From Octopus vulgaris (lineage: Eukaryota): a stretch of 64,000 nt of DNA. The stretch spans positions 163,742,001-163,806,000 of the forward strand of contig OX597816.1 of the NCBI GenBank assembly GCA_951406725.2. The letters are read 5' to 3'. Below, piece by piece: positions 13,850 through 29,213 of the stretch. The translations under genes were made by a program, and so were the position numbers. The number at the start of each line of letters is the position of its first letter. Within the stretch, counting starts at the first letter, position 1. The notes beneath the pieces were generated by a model. The model made no database searches. It had not been told where the DNA came from and saw only the letters and a list, made by a program, of their open reading frames with translations.

Positions 13850-13955
13850 GCCTATGTATTTGTTTTGCAAGATTCTTGTGAGTGAAGTAAGCCTTGTTGA
13901 AACAGAGACTGTTATGATTCGAGATGGTAATATTTTGGCAATTAATTGGCAAAAT

Positions 13956-14282
13956 AGTGAGGGCGCGTGGCTTAGTGGTTAGGGCATTCGGCTCATGATC
14001 GTAAGGTTGTGAGTTCGATTCCCGGCGACGCGTTGTCTCCTTGAGCAAGACACTTTATTTCACGTTGCTCCAGTCCACTCAGCTGTCAAAAATGAGTTGT
14101 ACTTGTATTTCAAAGGGTCAGCCTTGTCACTCTCTGTGTCACGCTGATTATCCCCGAGAACTACGTTAAGGGTACACGTGTCTGTGGAATGCTCAGCCAT
14201 TTGCACGTTAATTTCACGAGCAAGCTGTTCCGTTGATCGTATCAGCTGGGACCCTCGTCGTCGTAACCGGCGGAGTCTTTAG
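13956..14282 (+). mobile_element. tRNA-derived CORE-like SINE (family 3) with 12-bp TSD
   Basis: A-box TGGCTTAGTGG, B-box GAGTTCGATTCCC, CCTTGAGCAAGACACTT core; TSD AATTGGCAAAAT at 13944-13955 and 14283-14294. Confidence 0.85.
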
Positions 14283-14336
14283 AATTGGCAAAATGTAACC
14301 ATCCCCAGCTATAACAATATCTATCTATCTACCTCT

Positions 14337-14401
<65 letters not shown>

Positions 14402-14412
14402 TATGTATATAC

Positions 14413-14580
14413 ATTTCTTTACTGCCCACAAGGGGCTAAACATAGAGAGGACAAACAAGGACAGACAAAGGGATTAAGTCGATTACATCGACCCCAGTGC
14501 GAAACTGGTACTTTATTTATCGACCCCGAAAGGATGAAAGGCAAAGTCGACCTCGGCGGAATTTGAACTCAGAACGTAAC
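14413..14580 (-). mobile_element. SINE family 4 (GCCTTTCATCCTTTCGGGGTCGATAAA central domain)
   Basis: Homologous to 36097-36470, 39196-39410 and 46787-46915; B-box-like GAGTTCAAATTCC. Confidence 0.75.
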
Positions 14581-14583
14581 GAC

Positions 14584-14622
<39 letters not shown>

Positions 14623-14724
14623 GACTGGTTTATGTATATATTCGTATATATACATATATATGTAGATGTATATTTCTATATATACATACATATATAAATA
14701 TATATAGAAATATATATATATAGA

Positions 14725-14768
<44 letters not shown>

Positions 14769-14956
14769 TACATATGTCTGTGTGTATATGTATACATATA
14801 TGTATGTATATATATCGACGTATGCGTGTATGTATCATGTATGTAGGTATGCATGTATGTGTGTGTGTATATATATGGTCAGTGCATCATATGTCAAAAA
14901 TAAGCATCATACTTTAAAGTGTACAGCAGTTATGTATCATTTTCAGTTAAAGCTAC

Positions 14957-15132
14957 GTCCGGTCTTAGAGTGACCAATAGTTTCGCATCCACAAAGGGCT
15001 TAGCCCTGGGGTCATCTCGTCAGACTCTAAAGCCAGACTCCTCAGACTCTAAACGTCATTAGAGTATGACGGGACGTCCATGGCGCTAAGCCCTTTGTGA
15101 ACGCGAAACCACTAGTCACTCTATGACCGGAC
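14957..15132. mobile_element. MITE-like fold-back element (~75 bp imperfect TIRs)
   Basis: GTCCGGTC.TAGAGTGAC..CACAAAGGGCTTAG mirrored by CTAAGCCCTTTGTG..GTCACTCTA.GACCGGAC. Confidence 0.7.
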
Positions 15133-15160
15133 ACTGATTTTACTACATATAAATACATAT

Positions 15161-15224
<64 letters not shown>

Positions 15225-15444
15225 GTAGATACATACATACATACATACATACATACATACATACATACATACATACACAATACATACATACATGCGTGCG
15301 TACGTGCATGTGTGTGTGTATGTCTGTGTGTATTTATTTACACGTTTATATATATAATCACCCATAAATTTATCGTTCTAACTATCGAAAATTTTTATTT
15401 CATCGATATATATATGTGTGTGTGTGTGCATGTGCACGTTTGTG

Positions 15445-15519
<75 letters not shown>

Positions 15520-15726
15520 ATATGTACGTATGTGTGTATGTATGTATGTATGTGTGTATGTATGTATGTATGTATGTATGTATGTATGTATTATTCAAGT
15601 TTTATAATTATACATAAATGCAAACGACGGCAATTAATCTTTATGTCTAGCTATCCACCTATCTATCTAACTATCTGTTTATGTATCGAGAATTTTAACT
15701 CTTTATTTAAATTTCCCTAATGCATC

Positions 15727-15846
<120 letters not shown>

Positions 15847-15932
15847 TATATGCATGCACATATATGTATATATACATAAACATACAGACATGCATAAATA
15901 CCTATTTTCATACATGCATGTATGTACATATG

Positions 15933-15979
<47 letters not shown>

Positions 15980-16467
15980 TTACATATAAGAGAACAAAGT
16001 GTACGTACGCCGCTATATATATATATAATGCAAAATGGGATAAGAACGCGAATCATCCGGACAAGTAGGTGATACAAAAAAAGGACCACAAAACATCCAG
16101 ATAGACAATACAAAAAAAACACAGGGACGGGTCATTCGAAGCTTTCTATTCTCAGTCAAGAACCGGATCATCCTCGCAATTTCGGCTGATTAATCGTGAG
16201 ATTGCTCCAATCTTGCAAGCCCCAAGGAAAAACCAAGTTAAGAGCATTAGATTCCTTGGAAGAAAGCATTGAATGTATACGAAAACAAGGACGGAAAAAC
16301 AGACGATGTTACACAAATATATATACAAAATACAATAAAAATATCAACGGACATAACAGCAGGTGTCTTACGATTGAGGACGAATTGAATTCAGCTGGCG
16401 TGGTACATATATATATATATATATATATAATATAATATAAATAATATATAAATATACATGCATTCAT

Positions 16468-16539
<72 letters not shown>

Positions 16540-16854
16540 GTATGTATGTATATAAATGCATATATGGGCACAGTAAACCACGGAACGTAAACAACATCAA
16601 ATTAACATAAAATACGAAAACAACATGAAGTACAAATTACGAAACCATGGAATCCGAACTTTTCTAATGAAAGAAACAAACGGAAAACAAGGCAAGCAAC
16701 ACGAAAAAACGACCCTTCGTTAGTTGTTGGCTGTTCATCTACTATGTATTTCGAGTATTTCACAAGATACGTTTTGCTCCCGCAAAGCAAATTAAATAAA
16801 ATTTGGGATTTTGCGGAGGGTCAAAGTTGGTAACAAAAGCAAGATTGTGAAAAC

Positions 16855-16902
<48 letters not shown>

Positions 16903-17022
16903 GCACACACTCACACACACTTGTCATCTTCGCACACCTTCTTTACCATTCCGCCTTTGATACAGCTCTCCTGTTTTTTAAAAACATTTTCTTCTACTCT
17001 GACCACTTTCATCTTTTAGTAA

Positions 17023-17223
17023 GTGACCTCGTCTGTATCACTAGCGATTTTTTTTCCTCTGTCTTCCCTTCTCGGGACCTTTCCTTCTCCTATGTTTCCG
17101 ACGAAGAGCTCCGCTCGAAACGTCAAACCCTCCTTCTTCCCTTCTTTCCTGAGCGTCCAATAATACTTTATTTGTTCCACGTCCTTGCGTTGTTGTCTTT
17201 TTGTTTTCTTGTTTGGATTAACT
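17023..17223 (+). mobile_element. HHR mini-element family B
   Basis: Homologous end to end with 28404-28629; ends in (TA)n. Confidence 0.8.
17094..17128 (+). ncRNA. Minimal hammerhead ribozyme (U4C core, GUC site)
   Basis: GTTT-CCGACGA-A-GAGC-TCC-GCTC-GAAA-CGTC-AAAC. Confidence 0.72.
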
Positions 17224-17824
17224 ATATATATATATATATATATATACATATACATATGTGTGTACGTGCTGTACTCCAAATAAATACACAATATGAGACC
17301 GTACTTTTGTTCTGATTTTGCTGAAATGCCTCTCAAACTTGAAAAACCGCAAATATTACGCAAATTTTCATTTGGAATTTTTGCGCAAATTGGTGTTAAA
17401 ACCCCAATTCATGTAGAAACAATTGTAGCCGCTCCTTTAAGATGCGCTAATTTCTTTCTGCATTTTCTTATTTGGATTATATTTTATTCCTTCTTAAAGC
17501 TTAACATTTGTTCGATCTATGTGACACCTGAAGAATTTCGATCTTTCTTAATTCCAGGGTGTAGATAGCCCTTAAGGTCGAGTTGAGTGCTGCACGCGAA
17601 ATATTAGATCATTCTACCCTTCATCTTGAATATTGATATTGTTATGTCACACGTTCGGATGACCTCTACACAACTCTTCTCTGCTCTACTCTGTTCTAGT
17701 CTACTCCGACTGCTACTCAACTCTACTCTGCTCTCTTCTTCTTCTACGACGTCTAGACTTCTCCCCCTATATCTACGTATTGGGCTAGTCTACTTCATAT
17801 CTAGGGGGCGTCCACACAACAGAG

Positions 17825-17867
<43 letters not shown>

Positions 17868-17870
<3 letters not shown>

Positions 17871-18057
17871 AGAGTTTACGAAAAAAACAAAAGACGAAGA
17901 CAGGTGGTGTACAAAACAAACAGATGTATTAGTATAATGCTCAGGAACAGAAAACGTCTTTTACGTTTCGAGCCTACGCTCTTCTACAGAAAAGGACACA
18001 ATGAGAGAAACAAGGAGAGAAAAAAATTTAAGTAGTGGCTAACGATCTATCATGGCG
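17868..18057 (-). mobile_element. HHR mini-element family A, full length (~190 bp); hammerhead at 17958-17994
   Basis: CTTTT-CTGTAGA-AGAGCGTAGGCTC-GAAACGTA-AAAG on the minus strand; (TA)n on both sides. Confidence 0.8.
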
Positions 18058-18627
18058 TATATATATATATACATATATATTTCACTTGATTCTACACCTA
18101 CATAAAATTATATACGTATAGCTTGCCTTCATCAGCAGACAACGGGGAACATCTATTTGAAATTTATCAATTTTATCACAATAATTACCCTGAACTGTCA
18201 ACATGTCATTGCATTCGTATTGCGTTGTTTTGTTTTTAGAACCTTGATATTCGAAGGTCCTGATCATCTTAACTCAACATTCATATAAGCGTATGTTACG
18301 TTAAAGAAGACAGAAATCTACTTGAGGTTTTTGATTAAAAACATATTTATTTTAGTAATAAACAAATTAATGTTTTCGTTACTACGAACGGACAAACACT
18401 AAGATCGTTCGAAGCCTATTGTTCTTGGACTGTGTATAGTAGCAGTTGCTGCTGTTGTTTCTTAATATTTCTAAGTTTGGTAATTGTGGTATGTGTGTGT
18501 GTGTGTGTGTGTTAACGTCAATGTAACATACTTTGACAAATAAAACTGATAGAATAAGATGGGAGCGAAATATATTAATTACGAGGATACAAGTTTACAC
18601 CTTTCCAATAAGTTTCCGTCAAAAATT

Positions 18628-19005
18628 TCTTTATATATAAAAGTGAAGTTGTGTGTCTGTCTCCTACGATTTAGATTCCTAACTACTCCCACATTTTGCG
18701 GTGCAGTGTAACCAAAAGCGGGTATCTTATAGTCGTGATTTATATCGAGCCCTTTTTGGTATTAGCGCGCGTCTACGATGACTCTACGATTTTAAAAAAC
18801 ATTACCATCATTTTTTCCCATTTTTAATGCATTTTTTGCTATTATATAAAGGAAGTAACTCTCTAAAAATGTATTATTAAAAGCTACAGTAACAGCCCCC
18901 TTTGTGGTTAGCCATATTGAGATGGCTATTATACTTTACATCTCTAAAAATGCTTATATAGTTATTTCCCTTACAAACCCGAGCAACGCCGGGCGATACT
19001 GCTAG
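18628..19005 (+). mobile_element. Non-autonomous Helitron
   Basis: 5' TCTTTATATATAAAAG; 3' hairpin CCCGAGCAACGCCGGG then CTAG|T; no TSD. Confidence 0.8.
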
Positions 19006-19388
19006 TTGTATCTAAACGAATTTTCGAAAATTTGCGTCTTTGATCCTGCTGATGAAGTAAATGTACATGCGTATATTTTTCTACGCGTTTTTCTTGCGGA
19101 CACGTCATTCTGTCCAGAGCACAATTAAAAAAAGTATATTTTAACCTAGATTTAGCTCTGAATGATTTTCAGATCAAGACAATAGCAATGAACTTATTGG
19201 TTATTGACAAAGCTTGGGTAATTACCTTCAGCACCTTATATATCTTAGAATTTACATTATATCGGAATACTTTTATGGTTGACTAAATGTACGTATGAGT
19301 GCATCTAAGCATGTGTAAACACACATGCGTATATGTACCCTACACACACAGACACATAGACAAAACATACATGTCTGTGCATATATAC

Positions 19389-19433
<45 letters not shown>

Positions 19434-19549
19434 TATGTATACGCATATGTGTATGTGGATATATGTATGAATATATATGTGTGTGTGTGTGCGTGTGTAT
19501 ATATACGTATGTATGTACATGCATATATGTATATTTGCATATATTTCCA

Positions 19550-19675
19550 TACCAACCACAAGGCTCTGGGTTCCGTCCCACAGTATGTGGCCTTGAGCAA
19601 GTATCTTCAACTAAACCCTGAGCTGACGGACGCCTTGTGAGCGGATTTGGTAGATGGAAACTGAAAGAAGCTCGT

Positions 19676-19725
<50 letters not shown>

Positions 19726-19922
19726 AGTGCGTGTGTGAGCATGTGCGTGTGAGAGAGAGTGTGTATTATGTGTGTCTTTCTGTTTGCGTTCGTTACCCAC
19801 CAGCGCTTCAGAAAAGGTCTCCGTTTGTTTACGTTCCTGTAACTTAGCGATTTGGAAAAATAAACCGATAGAATAAACAACAGGTTTTCAAATGTACTAG
19901 GGTCGCTTTCCAGGACTAAGAC
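19550..19922 (+). mobile_element. SINE family 2 copy (diverged)
   Basis: Homology to other copies. Confidence 0.75.
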
Positions 19923-19924
19923 CA

Positions 19925-19960
<36 letters not shown>

Positions 19961-19971
19961 GAAATGGGACA

Positions 19972-20075
<104 letters not shown>

Positions 20076-20326
20076 GGAGAGCAGTGGGGTTTGAAATTCA
20101 CGGCACCTGTTTCGGTAGGGTTTTACTGATGTGATCGTAGATTAAGATCGCAACATAACGTCCATTATCTTCAGGTAAAATTTTAAGCAACTCACATATC
20201 AAAAGAGGTGACATAATACAACCATCGTGACAACTCAAATCAGTATTGATGGATAGGTGACACTTTCAAAAAAAAACTTCGGAATTATAAAGAAAAATTA
20301 GGAGTGGCTTTAACGGACACGCGAAG

Positions 20327-20374
<48 letters not shown>

Positions 20375-20455
20375 GGGGGGTGCACAAGTGAAAACATATA
20401 TATATAAATACATTTATATATGTATGTATTTATAGATGTACAAAAATATATCTAG

Positions 20456-20490
<35 letters not shown>

Positions 20491-20629
20491 AATATGCGTG
20501 TGTTTGTTTATGTATGTATGTGTATATATGCACACGCACACACTCCTAGACATGTTAATTAAATACACACATATGAATGCACGTGCGTACATGTAATTAA
20601 ATCAATTCAACAGTCAATGCACCTACACG

Positions 20630-20672
<43 letters not shown>

Positions 20673-20702
20673 TATATACGTGTATTTATATATTTACAAA
20701 CC

Positions 20703-20743
<41 letters not shown>

Positions 20744-20856
20744 GCATTATATATGTGCACATACGTATATGCATATATATATATATATATATATATAGAT
20801 ATATATATATAGATATATATAGATATATATTTATACAAAACTAACAGACACACATA

Positions 20857-20891
<35 letters not shown>

Positions 20892-20953
20892 CTATACAGC
20901 GGTGGTGTACGCCCCTACTGTCACGTTCGTGTTAGATTGACAGTATACAACCA

Positions 20954-20985
<32 letters not shown>

Positions 20986-21466
20986 TATCTACTTTCAGCT
21001 CACGAGCTGTGGCCATGCTGGGGCACCACCATTTATGCACATATTGTTCGGGGGTTCTTAAGGTGAGTGTATAAATAAATGCAAGTGCGTAGGTAAGCGT
21101 TTATTACATGTGAACGTGTGATGCATACGGTGCCGTTTACGTTGTGAGTTTGTGGTAAGCGACGAAAGGCAGAAACAACAACAAAAAATAAAGGTAAAAC
21201 ATATATATAATGATTACACGAAAAAATATATAAAAGGGATCGTATCTAACAGTCAGTCGCGTGCATGCTTTGCGTAGTGTATTAGACACACAGACAGTAT
21301 ACTAGACACACACACACACACGCTGACATATATATATATATATACATACATGCATTCATACATACATACATACATTCATACATACATACGTACATACACA
21401 CACACACATATTCAAAGACACACAAATTAAGATATCAGTACACGGACACCCTTTCACAACAAATAC

Positions 21467-21524
<58 letters not shown>

Positions 21525-21526
<2 letters not shown>

Positions 21527-21900
21527 TGCTAACCAACCACATGGTTCCGTGGCACCTTGGGCAAGTGTCTTCTGCTATAACCCCGGGCCGACCAATGCCT
21601 TGTGAGTGGATTTGGTAGACGGAAACTGAAAGAAGCCTGTCGTATATATGTATATGTATATACATGTACGTATGTATGTGTGTTTGTGTGTCTGTGTTTG
21701 TCCCCCTATCATCGCTTGACAACCGATGCTGGTGTGTTTACGTCCCCGTCACCTAGCGGTTCGGCAAAAGAGACCGATAGAATAAGTGCTGGGCTTACAA
21801 AGAATAAGTCCCGGGGTCGATTTGCTCGACTAAAAGCGGTGCTCCAGCATGGCCGCAGTCAAATGACTGAAACAAGTAAAAGAGTAAAAGAGTAAAAGAG
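21525..21900 (+). mobile_element. SINE family 2 copy
   Basis: Homology; (GAGTAAAA)n tail. Confidence 0.85.
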
Positions 21901-22000
21901 TATATATACACACAATATATATATAGATATAGTTGTGTCCTTGTGAATAAATATAAATACATATATATTTGTATATTACGTCCGTATTTACAAACGCATA

Positions 22001-22388
22001 GGCGCAGGCGTGGCTGAGTGGTAAATAGTTTGCTTTCCAACGACATGGATCCGGGTTCAGTCCCACTGCGTGGCAACTTCGGAAAGTGTCTTCTACTATA
22101 TCCTCGGGCCGACCAAAGCCTTGTGAGAGGATATGGTAGAAGGAAACTTAAAGAAGCCAGATGTATATGTGTATGTGTGTTTGTATCTGTGTCTAGGTTT
22201 GTTCCCCCAATCATAGCTTGATAACCGATGTTGGTGTGCTTCTGTCCCCGTAACTTAGCGTTTCGGCAAACGAGAACCAATAGAATAAGTACTAGGCTTA
22301 CTAGTCGATTTGCTCGACTACAGGCGGTGCTCCAGCATGGCCGTAGTCAAATGACTGAAACAAGTAAAATAATTAAAGAATAAAAGAA
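22001..22388 (+). mobile_element. SINE family 2, full length
   Basis: tRNA-like head with A-box TGGCTGAGTGG and B-box GGTTCAGTCCC, CORE-like segment, internal (TA/TG), conserved tail. Confidence 0.85.
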
Positions 22389-22439
22389 TATATTTATGAT
22401 ATTAATAATTAAACAAATGTAGATTCGTACATACATACA

Positions 22440-22494
<55 letters not shown>

Positions 22495-22505
22495 GTTTGT
22501 GTCTA

Positions 22506-22564
<59 letters not shown>

Positions 22565-22699
22565 GTATGTATATGCATGTATGTATGTATGTATGTACCA
22601 ATATATGTATTTATGTGTGTATTTATGTATTTATGCATGTATGTATCAGAACAAATTGTTTTATTTTTTATTTCCTAATTCTTGATTTCCAATTTTTAA

Positions 22700-22732
22700 T
22701 ATTTGATAAGATCCTCATCGAAACCGGTAATA
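22700..22732 (+). ncRNA. Minimal hammerhead candidate with U3-A8 covariant core
   Basis: TAT-TTGATAA-GAT-CCTC-ATC-GAAA-CCGG-TA-ATA; palindromic ACCGGT stem III. Confidence 0.55.
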
Positions 22733-22777
22733 CCTTATGAAAGTCATTTCACGTAACAAATATAAATATATAAATGT

Positions 22778-22855
<78 letters not shown>

Positions 22856-22984
22856 GTTAAAATTAGTGTATAAATAAATATATATATGTATGTATGGATG
22901 GATGTATTTTTGAAAGTCCTATTTTATCATGCTGGCTACATGTGTGTATGTACTATATGTGTGTATGTGTGTGTATGTATATAT

Positions 22985-23085
<101 letters not shown>

Positions 23086-23270
23086 CATATATATGTGCAT
23101 ATATATATATATATCTACATATATATATGTATATATGTATATATATATATAAATGTATGTATATATGTGTGTGTGTGTGTGTATGTATATACAAGTGTAT
23201 ACCTATTTATTTATTTATATATATGCATCTATATATACATACATATATATATATATGCATTTATGTATGC

Positions 23271-23459
<189 letters not shown>

Positions 23460-23909
23460 TAGACAGACAGACAGATTCATCTAAATATTAATTTATTGAC
23501 ATATATGTATTTGTACATATAAAAGCCCGATCTCATGCGATGAGTCACACACAAACACAAACAACCGTATACCTATATACACATATACAAACACATGCAC
23601 AATCGTACACGCAAACACACACACGCACACACACACAATGGGTTTAGTAATGGTTAAATGAGAAAGCAGGTTATGCTTTAATTAACTTCTTCAAGTAATG
23701 AATTTAAATTAATTATAAATACACAAAGGAGATAGCGTATTCCTTTATCATTTTTAATATCAATTCAGGCACCAAATAACGAAAATGAAGATGTCTTCGT
23801 ATTTAGCAATGAATATATATATAAATATATATAGATATAGATATATATATATACACACATACATACATAAATACATACATACATACATAAATACATACAT
23901 ACATACATA

Positions 23910-23966
<57 letters not shown>

Positions 23967-24204
23967 ACATACGTACTTACGAATACACACACATACACAC
24001 ACATATACACAGACATTTATATATGTATATATATATATATATACAGATATAAATGCACGCTTACGTACAATTGGTTAGACTTGCTATTCAGGCTTGTTTA
24101 ATTACGTACACTCAAAAACATGTACGTACGCAAGAACGCATATACGAACGTACGTATATGCATAATTATATAGAAATATAGACAGATATATATCAGTAGT
24201 TAGG

Positions 24205-24217
24205 ATGATAGACAGAC

Positions 24218-24312
<95 letters not shown>

Positions 24313-24574
24313 CAGATAGATAGACAGAGAGACTCATAGACAGACAGACTCATAGATAGATATGTATATACACACATAATACATACATACATACATACAT
24401 ACATACATGCATGCATGCATACATACATACATACATACATACATACATACATACATGCATACATACATACATGAATACATACATACATACATGCATACAT
24501 ACATACATACATACATACATATAAACATACATACATACATGCATACATACATGCATACATACATACATACATAT

Positions 24575-24605
<31 letters not shown>

Positions 24606-24739
24606 CATACATACATACATACATACATACATACATACATGCATACATACATACATGAATACATACATACATACATACATGTAAACATACATACATACAT
24701 ATAAACATACATACATACATGTAAACATACATACATACA

Positions 24740-24773
<34 letters not shown>

Positions 24774-24795
24774 CATACATACATACATACATACA
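24205..24795. repeat. (GATA)n plus (CATA)n compound microsatellite
   Basis: Direct inspection. Confidence 0.95.
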
Positions 24796-25016
24796 GTGGA
24801 TATATGCACTCTTCGTTTTACTTCAGGTACATAAATATTTATTTATATGCATTTATCAAAAATGTTATTATATGTGTGTGTGTGTGGGTGTTTGTATGTG
24901 TGTGTTCTTGCATATATTTATGTATACATACCTATACGTATATAACTGTAAATATATATGTGCGTATATGTCAATATGTGTCTACATGCTCATCTTATTA
25001 ATTGTGAATTAAACAC

Positions 25017-25117
<101 letters not shown>

Positions 25118-25174
25118 TATACACACACACACATATATATATATATATATCTATGTATTTATACATAATTCCTC

Positions 25175-25440
25175 ACTCTTTTTTACTCTTTTACTCGTTT
25201 CAGTCATTTGACTGCGCCCATGCTAGTGCACCGCCTTTAGTCGTACTAAATTATTTGTAAGCCTAGTACTTATTTTATTGGGTTTTATTGCCGGACCGCT
25301 ATGTTACGGGAACGTAAACATACCGAAAGCGATTGTCAAGTGATAGTAGTGGGGACAAACTCAGACACATAAATATATATATATGTGTGTATGCCTTGTG
25401 AGTGGATTTGGTTGACGGAAACTGAAAGAAGCCTGTCGTA

Positions 25441-25530
<90 letters not shown>

Positions 25531-25746
25531 TTGTGTGTCTGTGTTTGTCCCCCTAGCATTGCTTGACAACCGATGCTGGTGTGTTTACGTCCCCGTCACC
25601 TAGCGGTTCGGCAAAAGAGACCGATAGAATAAGTATTGGGCTTACAAAGAATAAGTCCCGGGGTCGATTTGCTCGACTAAAGGCGGTGCCCCAGCATGGC
25701 CGCAGTCAAATGACTGAAACAAGTAAAGGAGTAAAGGAGTAAAGGA

Positions 25747-25747
<1 letters not shown>
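25175..25747. mobile_element. Two partial SINE family 2 copies in opposite orientation (25175-25370 minus, 25391-25747 plus)
   Basis: Homology to the family tail on both strands. Confidence 0.75.
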
Positions 25748-25821
<74 letters not shown>

Positions 25822-26366
25822 CACACACACACATATATATTTTCGGCTCTCCTTTCGATGCCAACCCAGCTGAAACCAGTTCTGGCTCTGTCGAACAAAT
25901 GTTCTGTTTTCATAAGTTTTGAATTAAAATCTTTCACCAAACTTTAGTCACGATTTATACTCTTAACCCTAACTTAATGATAACTAAATAATTTTATTAA
26001 ATCATTTGTTATATTTAAAATTAATTCAAAGAACCAGATCACCTCAAAATAAATATGGTAACGAAAGGGTTAATCGCATGCCTATATGTATGTGTGCGTA
26101 TGCATGTATGGATGTATGATGTAGGTGTATATATGTATGTGCGTGTGAGTATGTGTGTGTGTATATATTTTATAGATTACACACAGATGCATAACGACCT
26201 GCGTCTTTGGCGATATTCGCGATTCTCGTTCGAACACATTTAAACATGTAAACAAGGCTATTTATATAACATTTATATCACATTTTTGCCTTAATTGCAA
26301 ACCCGCCGATTGTAAGACTGTAATTAGAACGTGTATGTGTGTGTGTGTGTGTGTTGTGTGCATATT

Positions 26367-26419
<53 letters not shown>

Positions 26420-26524
26420 GTGTGTGTGTTTGCGTGTGTGTGTGTACATACACATATATATATATCTTCTTTTATGCTGGGGCACCACCGTTAGCTCTGT
26501 TGCACCTTCAATACTTATATATAT

Positions 26525-26555
<31 letters not shown>

Positions 26556-26559
26556 GTAT

Positions 26560-26612
<53 letters not shown>

Positions 26613-26636
26613 TGACCTATATACATATATGTATAT

Positions 26637-26726
<90 letters not shown>

Positions 26727-27071
26727 AAATATACATATATATTTACCTTATATATATATATGATAAATCATTTATATACACAGCCATATATATATACATG
26801 TGTGTGTATGTGTGCGTATGTGTGTTTATAAGTCAATAATGTATGAATTTATGAAAATTATGTTTGATCTGATGTGAAATAATTGTGAAAAACAGAAATT
26901 GAAAGGTAAATTAAATTTTTATCGGATACATTTTAAGACATTTCTATGCCCACCACATCGATTCTGGATTCAGTGCCACAGCGTGACACCTTGGGCAAGT
27001 GTCTTCTACTACAGCCTCGGACCGACCAAATCATTCTGAATGGATTTGGTAGACGGAAACTGAAAGGAACC

Positions 27072-27126
<55 letters not shown>

Positions 27127-27577
27127 TAGTAAAATTTAGATTCAGATAAATATGGTACTTAAGTTAAAGTTAGAATGGTATTATCCATATAATTCAAAAT
27201 GGGGTGATTATAATCAAAATAAGCAACAAGGATATCCAGAAGTTGCTTATTTTAATTATAATCACCCTTTAGCTTAAGTACCATATTCATCATATATATA
27301 TATATATATATATAAATGAAAGAATGGAGTTGAACGACGATTTAACAACATTCCTTTATTCTCGACATATGTTTCGAAGACTGCATATTCCTAATTTCGA
27401 AGGAATAAGAGGTGCATTATGCCGCCTTGTATTAAAACAAACACAAAAATTTCCACACGAAAGCATGTGATCTCTGCCCTTGGCATGTAGCTTCAACCGT
27501 GTTTTTCTGACGTGAATTTGCTACCCGGGTCTCGGTTAACCGAATTATCCATACTAGGATAATTCATTCAACTACTA

Positions 27578-27653
<76 letters not shown>

Positions 27654-27716
27654 TATATATATATATGCATATATATATAAGTATGTATCTATACATATAT
27701 ATATATGTATGCATGT

Positions 27717-27763
<47 letters not shown>

Positions 27764-27783
27764 TTATATGTATATGTATATAT

Positions 27784-27836
<53 letters not shown>

Positions 27837-28353
27837 GTATAAATGCCTTTGTGCATTTATGTATGCATATATTCATCCTTTAGACTAGTAAAACTGACTA
27901 CTGACAGCACGAGCGTTTCTCAGATTGACACAGATGAGTTTATAACTGGCCTTTACTCCAAAATACACTTATCCACTGTGGATAAACACGTGTACTGAGT
28001 ACTTAGAAGAGATATCATCTTCTTTGTGCGCAGTACTTATTGTATTCCATATACAAGTATGCATGCGTGCTTGTATGTAATTATGCATGCGTTTATGACT
28101 TCATGTATATACGTATGTTCGAATATATTTTTTGCATGCATGAGGATATGAATTATAAACTTATGTACTCACAAATGTATATACAACGCACATATATATA
28201 TAAATATATATGCATACATACAAGCGTATACGTATATAAATATACTTCGGCTCGAAACGTCAAAGGCGTCTCCATTCTTCTGCAGCGTAAAGCTAATACA
28301 TTTGCTTGTTTTCCCTTCACCTGGCTTTGTCTTCTTTTCTTTACTTTTGCACC

Positions 28354-28403
<50 letters not shown>

Positions 28404-28406
<3 letters not shown>

Positions 28407-28624
28407 ACCTCGTGAGCACCGCCAGCAATGTCTTTTTTCCTCTGTCTTCCCTTCTCGGGATCTTTCCTTCTCCTTTGTTTCCGACGAAGAGCTCCGCACG
28501 AAACGTTAAACCCTCCCTTCCCTTCTTTCCTGAGCGTCCAATAATACTTTATTTGTTCCACGTTCTCGCGTTGCTGTGTTTTTTTTTTTTGGGGGGGGGG
28601 GGTTGTGTGTTTTCTTGTTTGGAT

Positions 28625-28629
<5 letters not shown>
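28404..28629 (+). mobile_element. HHR mini-element family B; hammerhead at 28477-28511
   Basis: GTTT-CCGACGA-AGAGCTCCGCAC-GAAACGTT-AAAC; one stem II mismatch. Confidence 0.8.
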
Positions 28630-28712
<83 letters not shown>

Positions 28713-28754
28713 TATATGTGTATGTATGTATGTTTGTATGTATGTATATATATA

Positions 28755-28814
<60 letters not shown>

Positions 28815-28835
28815 TATATATGTATGTATGTATGC

Positions 28836-28899
<64 letters not shown>

Positions 28900-29138
28900 G
28901 CATGTATATATACATAATATATAATTATATGTGTGTGTGTGTGTGTGTGTGTCTGTCAAGCTATCTGTGCTAATGTTTGTTTTCATGTTTATTAAGCGGA
29001 TTGATTATTTTATACTTTTGCAGAGTACAAATTGATTATTCTTATACAAGAATATTGTTGAGAGTGATTTCGAAGTTCCGACCAGCTATAAGCACGACCG
29101 AAACATCGAAGTCAAGATCAATGACATTCTTGTTTAAA

Positions 29139-29213
<75 letters not shown>

